Shown: positions 12,201-20,586 of the stretch, piece after piece
Layout: every line of letters begins with the position of its first letter
Position numbering within the stretch: position 1 is the stretch's first letter
NCBI RefSeq assembly: GCF_037042905.1
Contig: NC_087245.1
Coordinates: forward strand, 23,314,001 to 23,378,000
DNA length: 64,000 bases
Direction of reading: 5' to 3'
Source: Lytechinus pictus
Lineage: Eukaryota
Notes under the pieces: generated by a model
The model's input: the letters and a program-made list of their open reading frames with translations, nothing else
Databases searched by the model: none
What the model was told of the DNA's origin: nothing
Translations under genes and position numbers: made by a program

Positions 12201-15200
12201 AAGGATTATAAACATTCAAATCAAACAATTAGGTAAAGATGCAATAATTAAATCTATTACCTTTGGTCCTATATCGCCTGTATCTCCTTTTCTCCCTCTC
12301 CTTCCGGGCGGGCCAGGTTCTCCCTGCATACCCTGGAATGAAAGAGTATAAAAGACGTGTCAACAGGAATGCAACAAAAACATCAAAATAGACGAGATTA
12401 CATAATAATACCTTAATTGTTTGTTTTATTTCCGAAATCATAAAAAACACAATATTTACACAATAGCTTACAAAACAATAATAATGATAATATGACACGG
12501 TTGGATAGCCCATTTCTGAGCTGTTGAGCATAACAGCTCTGTTCTTCCATGGGGACAATATATTGTGTATTTTTGAGTTTTGTCAGACGTGTATCAATCA
12601 GATATGATTATTTACGTCTGGGACCGACCTTTAACGTCACCATCCGAAAGACGTGACCAGGGCTCGAACCTCTGCATCAATTTGTAACTTCCCCGCATAG
12701 CTTGGATTACAGGCGCACGCCACAACGCCCAGTTAATAATTATACATAAACAATGGTAGCACAAAACATAAAATACAAAAAAAAAAACTCAATGTAAAAT
12801 GTGGTTACAAATATCCCATAGAGTTATTGTGAAAATCACCCCCCCCCTTAACCCACACATCTAACTGTTGATTACCTTGAAAAATAAGCAAAATGGAATT
12901 ATATGTTCCTAAATCGTAATTTTCATTTCATTTCCTTAAATGTATGGCCAAATCTATGACGGTATTGAATATTTAAGAAGAAAGATCACATTTTCCATCG
13001 CTTGCTTAGTTCGCTTGAAAGTTGTAAAAAAATAAGATATAATGAAAAATAAACAGTGTACCTCTTCGGAATTTCAGCCCTTTAAATTTTATGCCATTGA
13101 TTACCCACACTGCTAGTTGGGAGAATAGCACATTGCAAAGTTGACAGTATAACTAATATGATTTCTTTGTATGCTCAGGAAACGCAAGATCTAGTTATCC
13201 TTGCAATGTTATTAATTCTTTCCCATTAATCTTCCTATCCATTTCAATCTTAAGGCGACCGCACACCTTACGACTGGTCTGCGACCCGATTTTGGAACAA
13301 ATCGCATTTTGCTCATTTTCTGAAGATGTGAATGGAACATATCATTCTTTTTAAGGTTAAAATTAATTGAAATAATAATATTATAACAATTTTGAAGGAT
13401 TGCAAGTCCTTATTTTGGTGTAAAGTCCAAATTAGTTTCAAATCGTAGCCAATCGTACGACTGCTATGACGTCATTACGACTAGATATTAAATTCGCTTT
13501 TATTCTAAGAAGGATGATAGCATAGCCACGAATTTGATCATAGGTATTCGTACGATGATTTAGAACATTACACAGTAAGATTTTCCAAGTCTCAATATTA
13601 GCATCAAATTCTATTACATTTTATTCTGAAATCGGGTCGCAGACCAGTCGTAAGGTGTGCGGTGGCCTTTAGGCATCAGTGATTCGTTTGCCTTTAAGAC
13701 TCGAAACTAGCGTTTACGATGCTCAAAGTGACATTGTTACTACTATGATGTAAACATTTTCGATCATGAAAAAAAAATCGAGAACGGAGGGAGCAGTCAC
13801 AACTTGTAAAAAAATTCCGCAAAGAAAACTCATCGAAATCATGGAAATTCGGGTTTGTATATATTTTTTTAAGTGCAAGGCTCTTAAAACTGTTTATTAT
13901 CCATTCGTATGACTTCCTCAAATGATATTTTCAGTTGTCCGTTCATTCATTCGATACAATTAGCCTTGGCAGAGATTGACAAGATCATAAACACTTGTCA
14001 ACTTGCTTATGCCAAAGTCGTTTCATCTGTGGCGCAATTTGCCGTTTTTAAAAGAAATTTAAAATCACACAACCCTGCAAAAAGACGAAAATACTAGACT
14101 ATCATGGGTATAAGAAAGAGGTTCTCCGTAATTTGTAACAGCTTGTATATTATCAGGATATTGCCTCAGTTTCGGCAGGCAACAAAAGAGATGAGTGCCA
14201 CCAAGGAGTTATAAGAAATGGAGAACCATTCAACACATTCCCTTTAAAAGTAACTTTGATGTCACAAGGATGAACTATGTTAGACATGTTTGGATTTTTC
14301 TCGCAGATTGTAGACAAAAGATTCCTACCTAAGTACAGACTCGCTGGCTAAATACAATAGGAAATGTGCTTTTGAAATGATTATCGATTTTCGCTGCCTC
14401 GATCTGTTTGGATATGACGAGCAGACACGTTGCTAACTTTTACGGGGGAAAGCAAAATAAATGTTGCAATATCTATTGAAATATGATTTGATGTTACTCT
14501 ACCGGCCGCATGTGATCGCAACTATGGCACATAACATTACAAATATATTCCCTCAAACTAATCTTTATTAGGTGATCTGTCAATCGACAGATCAACTATT
14601 AATTTCGTACGAATTTTCTTTTTTATTTATATCTTTTTATTTTCCCGCCCTTTTCTTGTTGCCATAAAATCTCAAAATCTACATCATCAATTATCTTCAA
14701 AATATCATCAGATATGGGGACTTATCCTGTCATCTGTATGAAACAAGTTCAAGGTCAAAAGGTCATCGTGACGTCATCTAGACGCCATTTTGCAAATTCC
14801 CATTATCAATCATATCTTCATTATCAATTATCAAAAATTAACCATATATACATCACATTAACTTCAAGTCAAGGGTCAACTGTCCATGTCATCAAAGGTC
14901 ATGTAAAGGTCACGACGTGCGCGTACGCGCGCGTCAAAATTTTAAAATGCTCAAAATCACTTTTTGACCAAAGTAGAGTATGAATCAGGTCATTTTAAGC
15001 ATTTCAAAAATTTGCGCGCGCACACGGTTACGCGCGCGTTCTCGCGCGTAACGGCACTATGCAACATAGGATCGCCATTTTTTTCATATCAATGCACCGA
15101 CAATATAATTCTGAACAATTTGATACCTTGATCAACCTTCTACGACAAGTAATAACGGAATTAGCCTCCATCAAAGTTTACAGCACGTGCGCGCGCGCGC

Positions 15201-18200
15201 ACTAACCATAGACAATATATGTGCAAAAACATGCCTATACAAAATTCATTATAGCTCTTCAGGAAGTCCGTTGACCCCCAATTTCTTTTTCATATTCGAA
15301 TAGAATATGGATGGGAGATATGATTTCATGTCACATTTGACCCAAAATTTTATCATGACGTCATCAAAATGGCGTCGGAACACAAAATTCCCATTTTGCT
15401 ACTTATGACGTCATCATAATTATGCACATTTGACTCTTAACTCCATAAATATTGGCCAATTTTTGCTCAGTTTTCAATATGTTGTAGCTGAGGACATACT
15501 CTTTCTAATTTGATGGCTTTATTTACATTTAAAGGAACGAATCATCCTGAAAAATTGCAAGTTATAGAGACATGTCATTTTCGCTCATTTTGTGTGCAAT
15601 CTCTATGGGAAATGACTTTTTCTCAAAACTGGATTTTACATTCCTCTATTTCGTGAGCCATATCTCCATTTCTTTTTGTCGGTTTTCTCTGAGCTTGGAG
15701 TATGTTGTAGCTGAGATTGTAAGCTATCGCCAACGTTGTCTCCATTTTCCGATCAGATGCCGGGATCATGCCCGTATTTCACTTGCAAAATTGGATTTGA
15801 GATCCTCTTAATTTGCTTATGTGTAAAGTCTATGGGAAATAGTGCTTATGTGTAAAGTCTATGGGAAATAGTGTAGCTCAGTTGATAAGGCATCAGACTT
15901 GCGTGCTTAGGGTCCAGGGTTCGAGCCCAGGGGTGAACATGAGATTTTTTTTTTTTTTAACATATCACAAATGGTTCTTTATGACCATTACAATGTATAT
16001 AAAATAAAACATTGGACAATAAAAGATATCAAAATCCCTTTTAATGTACAATGTTCCTGTACAATATGTGTATGACCTACACTTTATCACACAACTTTTT
16101 CATTTCCCTCTTTTTCAAGAGTATTCAACACGTTCTTTTCATAAGAGAAGTTCAGTTTTCATCCTGATGATCATATTGATCTCAATAAACATGCTGATTG
16201 TCTTCCTCATCATGAAATCAGAGACAGATCACCTAATTCGTCCTCATGACGAATTAAAATTCTAGTTTTTATTCATTTTTGTCATGTAGAAGTGTTTGGA
16301 TATTGCTAACATTGACTTAAGAATCGTCAAATTCTAATACATTTATAAAAGTATTACCATATCGGGTTACCATACCATAATTTTGCCCAGTTTCAGGCCA
16401 TAGTAATGCTTTGAGATATATTTCGTCATGTGTTTAAAATTTAAATTTTGTAATCAAATAAAACTAGAAATATTCCCAATTATCTTCCTTTTTTACACAA
16501 AGCGATTTTTACTTTTCCCCATGAAACTGGCGGCATCAAAGGTAAACACCAAACAATGCACCTGTGTATTATTTTGTTTTCCTTTAAAAATTTGAAGCTA
16601 TGTACATGAATTAATTTGCATTTCGTGGTCACTCCATCTCTAAAAACTCCTTCGATTCATAATCAAATCCAGTCATTTAATTTGGATTCTGTACTGTATA
16701 TTCGAAAGTCAGTCAAGTGAGCCAACATCCCTCACTTTAAAATTTTTACCCCACTCTTTCTCTGCATGTCTGTATGTCTACCTGTCTGTTTTTGGATGAG
16801 GGATGGTGCCCCCAGCCTCTCTATTCTCCCTTTCTCCATCTTCCTCCCTTTTCTTTCTCTTCGTCTGTCCTTCTCCCAGATTTGTCCGGTCCCTCCACTG
16901 CTTAAGTTCATCGGCATTAGTCTCCATGTATTTATCTCTTATCGTTTCATTCATTGTGCTTTGTAAATGCAATCATGGTGCTTAACGAACGCCTCTTAAA
17001 CAACAGTTAAGAAAAGAGGAACATAGACTTATCCAAAACACCATCAGAATTGAAGCAATCACTGAAATATTTTTTACATACCACGCATGACATGGTACAC
17101 ACGCCATCATCCGTGGTAGTCGGCATGGTAGTCGTCGTCGTATCTGGATCTGTCGGTGGAGGTGGCGGTGGTGGTGATGGTGGGGCTGGAGGCATCATGG
17201 TTGTTGGAATGAACTGTTTTATAAAATCAGAAGACAGGTTTATTGATTAATCACCCACGATAAATCGCACTTTAATCGAATAGAAGTCATATTAAAGTAG
17301 TGATAAAAACAAGTGGTTTCATTTTAGTTTTCACATAATGATACAACTGCAAAAATAGTGGTGTGTTGAGAATGGGGGAGGGGGCAAAAGTAATAATTGG
17401 ATCACGAAATGATGGTGATGATAATAATAACAATAATAGTAAAAATGATAAACTATTTAATAATAATAATGATAATAACAATAATAATAATAAAAATTAT
17501 AATAATATCAACAATAATAATAATAATTATAATAATAATAATAATCAATGATAATAATAATAATAATAATAGAATCACCCTGGAGAGAGAGGGAGGCAGA
17601 AAGATGGACAGTTGTCAGAGACAACGAAATTGTTACTTATTGTTATACTTGTACTTGTACTAATCAAAGCATTATATTACTTACTGTGTCGTTATGAAAA
17701 TCAAAACCAAGGACTCCGGAAGGGGGAGGAGGTGGTATAATTGGTGGTGGTGGTAATCTCATTATCAAGATGCTAGAGCCAGAAGAAGATACAGTGGTCA
17801 TTCCTTCTCCTTCCCCTGGTGTCGGTGGAGGAGTTGGATTTGCTTTGTGCCTTGAGTTTGGTCCTGAGCATGGGTGAATATGAGTTCTCATTATATCAAC
17901 GTGTGAATGATTTTGTCAGACCCACTGCCACTTTCTACTTCGACAGTCAGCATCAGTGAAGACTGCGACACAGAGTCTTTATTTAGTGTGTCGTCAGTTC
18001 GCTGAAAATTTCCTTTAATCATTTTTATCACGGTCTCTTGATCGCATTCGGGTAAAAATGAATAGTTATAATAATTGAAAATACTGAAGTCCTGTCATGC
18101 TAATTTAATATAGTAGGGAGAGAATAGTCCGATGACCTTCAGCCAAGATTTCAAAATGTAGAGTGTTTTGGAGAACAAACGAATCCAGCAAGAGTGACAT

Positions 18201-20586
18201 ACAAAAAGTAGGGCGCTAACTGTGTGTGGACATGGTAGAATGTGATTTCAGAAAGCGGGCAAATTAATTGGAAAATTAAATATTTCGAGTAGGCCTATAC
18301 ATAATTATTTTCCATGACACCGTAGAGCCGCTTTTAGTGATGAAATGTACCCGGAGTCTCTGTAGTTTTGGAAGCAAGTTCTGGAAAATGGAAAAACAGA
18401 TTTGAGTTGAGTGAGAGACTTACCTGGACATCTTGGGCAGCATTTTCCTGGGCTGATAATGGGATTCTCACATGTCACCGGTTTACATGCACTCCTAGCC
18501 TTTAAAGAACATTCAGATTCTCCATCCTGTAAGAAAAGTATTCAATTTAAGTATTGCCAACAGAGCCTACTGGAATGCAGAACATGAATTTAAAAGATGG
18601 TCATTATCCGTACGGTAACAATCAGAGAAGATAATGCCTCGTGATGTGGAAGGGGCTTGACTTCAGCGCTTTCCACCGCTTTACATTCTCTCTTATTGTT
18701 TAAAGAACATTAAGATTCACCACCCTGTAAGAAAATATCCAACGTAGGAAAGTATTTCAAGCAGATCTGTTCTTGGGCCTGCTTGAATGCAGATCATGAA
18801 TGTTTACAGAAGAAGGTCGTTATCTGTACGGGAAAGATCAAAGAAGCTATGCGTCGTCATGTAAAATGGGTTTGACTTGCGCGCTTTTACAACTAGGGGA
18901 GATCTTTTCGGATCCAAAAGGGTGACACATTTTCGCAAGCAAAGTTTGACAATAGCCAAAAAAAGTCCTCATTTGTGTATGAGCGCCATATTTACAATAT
19001 TTCCCGTGACTCTCCAGGGGGGGGGGGGCTCACTTGTGTATAAAGGACATATTTACATTAAAAATATTTACTACGACTCTCAAGGGTGGGGGGGGGGGGC
19101 ACGGGCCAGAAATGCCCCCCTCTGGATCCGCCTGGGTCTAAATTACATTTCATTTTTTTTTTAAAGTCTAATCTCTTTTTTGTTTTCTCTTGTAAAAATA
19201 CAACCCATCGGTTGGAAGTGGGTGTGATACTACGTTAAGAAAAAAACCAACATTCGCACCAAGATGACACCATTGAATGAACATGAATTTTACCAAGATC
19301 GGAGGAGGAGGAGTTCTACTTTGGTGATTTTCAACAATTAAAGTTGTAATACTGCATACTTAAAGCATAATTCACAAGTTTTGTGATTTTAAAAGTATAA
19401 CAAAGCTTTGAAATTAGAATTCATCACAAAATGAATTTCTTGACGATTTCACCACTTTCCAGGCATCTTTTTATCAAAAAGAACAACTTCGTCGTGTTCG
19501 TTAGAACCATGAACATACCTTACATCTACATCTGATACAAGGATCGACCTGTGATTTGTATCTAGCTCCCTCTTGATAATCTTTCCCTTCGAAGTGGCAC
19601 TGAGCTGTTTGAAATGATTTAAATAAAACACATGTAATCGTGACATGGCGAACATGAAAGCTTTCAGATAAAAACCATATAGCGATAACATGATTATTCA
19701 TCTTTCAAGTATCCAAAAGACTTGGGCATACGTCTACGGTGAAATTGGGGCTAGGATTTCATCGCTGACCCGGGTAGACCTTACAGGTGAGGCAGACATG
19801 GTAGAGGGGAGGGCTAAAGCCCCTCCCCCAAATACTCGCTTAAATTAATTACTAAGTAAAATTACCTATAACTTTGGATATAAAGACATAAAATAATAAT
19901 TACAAAGTTATTCAACAAAGGCATACAATCTGAGCTAGAGCTGTTTTCACCGACCATTTTGGAATACAAGAAAAAAATTTACCCTCATTAGTGCAAAATA
20001 ACGCTAGAAATCTAAGACATCTACTGTAAGTCCCTTTTGTACAGATGTAGGATCGGGGAAAGGTGGTTAAAGCTCGAACTACCGAATCTCACTTAGATTA
20101 CAATTTTGTAAAATCATTGTTTGGGTAGAAATATACCTATCGTTTTGGAAATATACCTATCGTTATAGTCTTATAGATGTATTTTTTTAATATTCAGGCT
20201 GGTAGAACAAAATTAGTCTTTTATACATATCATTATGTTAAAAGTGACCCTCTTTCTCTCTTATTTTTGCCTCGCTTGGTCTATTTTCTCGAAATCATTT
20301 AATCACAAAACTGGCCGGGCCCGTTTCATAAAGAGTAACAACTGTTGTATCTTTGCCATTATGGCAGCTACCATGGCAACAGGGCTTAGCAGCCAATCAA
20401 AATAAAGGTTACCATGGTAGTTGCCATAATGGCAAAGTTACAACAGTTGCAACTCTTTATGAAACGGGTCCCTGGTATAGATATCTTACCTGGCGATGAA
20501 GTATTTTCTATTTGAGATCGGCTGATCGATATACAGAACACAGCTATAGATAAGACTTGAAGCAGAATTCTCGCCCTTCCTTCCAT
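3183..20586 (-). CDS. COLQ: ColQ-like (acetylcholinesterase collagenic tail-like) secreted collagen with N-terminal vWC domain; 14 coding exons, 536 aa
   Basis: Manual model complement(join(3183..3285,4208..4310,4794..4875,6643..6909,7320..7456,7989..8085,8734..8814,11565..11636,12261..12332,17082..17213,17685..17863,18424..18526,19519..19604,20490..20586)). All introns are GT-AG, phases are compatible, and the 1611 nt are open. C-terminal [34 protein letters not shown] and [79 protein letters not shown] match vertebrate ColQ as I recall it ([111 protein letters not shown]). The symbol denotes homology; orthology is unverified. Confidence 0.85.
3412..3833. mobile_element. piggyBac-like MITE
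   Basis: TTAA TSD; termini CCCTAAATAGACTGGG / CCCGGTCTTCTTAGGG. Confidence 0.7.
3939..4054. mobile_element. Short hAT-like MITE
   Basis: TIRs CAGGCGTGGATCCA / TGGATCCGCGCCTG; degenerate 8-bp TSD AAACCAAT/AACCCAGT. Confidence 0.55.
4208..4310 (-). CDS. ColQ-like coding exon 13: Cys-rich domain (103 nt)
   Basis: (D)[42 protein letters not shown] boundaries, phase 1 to 2. Confidence 0.92.
4794..4875 (-). CDS. ColQ-like coding exon 12: Cys-rich domain, CGNG...E.CDDGN repeat
   Basis: [35 protein letters not shown] boundaries, phase 0 to 1. Confidence 0.92.
5137..5991. mobile_element. hAT-type non-autonomous element
   Basis: Perfect 8-bp TSD ATCACTGG (5129-5136, 5992-5999); TIRs CAGAGGCGTCGATCC / GGATCGACGCCCCTG; internal repeats of AAATTTCAGCTCGCGCT. 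Confidence 0.88.
6349..6524. repeat. 88-bp tandem duplication (2 copies)
   Basis: CCTATAGATTTATCAYCAAAGTTAGGACTGGAAGCCCCAAAGG...CAGATGAGAAGTT occurs twice, nearly identical. Confidence 0.9.
6643..6909 (-). CDS. ColQ-like coding exon 11: ColQ-type non-collagenous (trimerization-like) region plus short second collagen run
   Basis: [95 protein letters not shown] acceptor, GTTGGT donor. Confidence 0.88.
7134..7289. mobile_element. MITE (family shared with 55123..55443 and a fragment near 61390-61445)
   Basis: TIRs TACCTCAGTCACATT / AATGTGCCTGAGGTA; internal GAAAACAGCCGTTTT inverted motif. Confidence 0.75.
7320..7456 (-). CDS. ColQ-like coding exon 10: end of main collagen domain
   Basis: (G)[48 protein letters not shown] acceptor, GTAATT donor, phase 1 to 0. 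Confidence 0.88.
7989..8085 (-). CDS. ColQ-like coding exon 9: collagen (97 nt)
   Basis: [40 protein letters not shown] boundaries, phase 0 to 1. Confidence 0.9.
8734..8814 (-). CDS. ColQ-like coding exon 8: collagen (81 nt)
   Basis: [35 protein letters not shown] boundaries. Confidence 0.92.
9123..11418. mobile_element. Kolobok-like MITE interrupted by a nested tandem-repeat-rich insertion
   Basis: Left TTAA|AGGTCAAGTCCACCCCAGAAAA and degenerate right end TTTTCTTGGTGTGGAATTTTCCTT; unrelated repeat about 9530-11335 inside. Confidence 0.55.
9530..11335 (+). repeat. Array of diverged ~120-130-bp units including a near-perfect 479-bp duplication
   Basis: GAGGTTCACCAAACTTCTACACAGAATTTTGAAA...AAATCACAGAAAATGCCTCTT recurs many times; the block near 9841 is repeated near 10320. 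Confidence 0.85.
11565..11636 (-). CDS. ColQ-like coding exon 7: collagen (72 nt)
   Basis: [32 protein letters not shown] boundaries. Confidence 0.92.
12261..12332 (-). CDS. ColQ-like coding exon 6: collagen Gly-X-Y (72 nt)
   Basis: [32 protein letters not shown] boundaries, phase 0 to 0. Confidence 0.92.
12560..12733 (-). mobile_element. Putative SINE with 7SL-RNA(Alu-domain)-like head
   Basis: Minus strand reads ACTGGGCGTTGTGGCGTGCGCCTGTAATCCAAGCTA (cf. 7SL/Alu 5' end GCCGGGCGCGGTGGCGCGTGCCTGTAGTCCCAGCTA), then box-B-like GGTTCGAGCCC, then CGTCTTTCGGATGGTGACGTTAAAGG and an A-rich end. Confidence 0.65.
13253..13668. mobile_element. PIF/Harbinger-like MITE
   Basis: About 40-bp TIRs AGGCGACCGCACACCTTACGACTGGTCTGCGACCCGATTT; TTA TSD on both sides. 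Confidence 0.85.
14565..15960 (+). repeat. Probable interspersed repeat (HINE/DINE-like) ending in a tRNA-like segment
   Basis: Hairpin TGATCTGTC-AATC-GACAGATCA (14573-14594) followed by a T-rich tract, CpG-rich GCGCGCGC motifs, a 29-bp tandem duplication (about 15813-15871) and a tRNA-like box A/B plus poly-T. Boundaries are approximate. Confidence 0.4.
15870..15958 (+). pseudogene. tRNA-derived sequence (pseudo-tRNA or SINE head)
   Basis: TAGCTCAGTTGATAAG (box A) and GGTTCGAGCCC (box B) followed by a T-run. Anticodon and acceptor stems do not pair. Confidence 0.55.
17082..17213 (-). CDS. ColQ-like coding exon 5: polyproline/Thr-rich stalk and CxxxC
   Basis: [47 protein letters not shown] acceptor, GTATGT donor, phase 0 to 0. 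Confidence 0.75.
17420..17572. repeat. (AAT)n imperfect microsatellite
   Basis: Direct inspection. Confidence 0.95.
17685..17863 (-). CDS. ColQ-like coding exon 4: proline-rich, PRAD-like motif
   Basis: (G)[65 protein letters not shown] donor, phase 0. The CTCAG acceptor at 17864-17866 was chosen for phase-1 compatibility and is weaker. Confidence 0.65.
18424..18526 (-). CDS. ColQ-like coding exon 3: vWC domain, second half
   Basis: [34 protein letters not shown] with a CCxxC motif; TTTTCTTACAG acceptor, GTAAGT donor, phase 0 to 1. Confidence 0.88.
19519..19604 (-). CDS. ColQ-like coding exon 2: vWC domain, first half
   Basis: (A)[28 protein letters not shown] with a CxxCxC motif; CAG acceptor, GTATG donor, phase 1 to 0. 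Confidence 0.85.
20317..20471. mobile_element. Palindromic ~155-bp Harbinger-like MITE
   Basis: GGGCCCGTTTCATAAAGAG...CTCTTTATGAAACGGGTCC long TIRs; same family as 49246..49401 in opposite orientation. Confidence 0.85.
20490..20586 (-). CDS. ColQ-like coding exon 1: signal peptide
   Basis: [32 protein letters not shown] has a basic n-region and hydrophobic core. Phase-1 GTAAG donor. A CAG acceptor at 20606-20608 after a pyrimidine tract implies an upstream UTR exon. Confidence 0.8.

Noticed and set aside
17287..17663. Poly-Asn/Ile/Leu ORFs
   Set aside because: (AAT)n microsatellite inside a ColQ-like intron.
17864..18004. Stronger-looking TTTTCAG acceptor at 18002-18004 as the start of exon 4
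   Set aside because: The phase is incompatible with exon 3 and all frames hit stops before the PRAD-like motif. The 17864 acceptor is used instead, though a 1-nt assembly error cannot be excluded.
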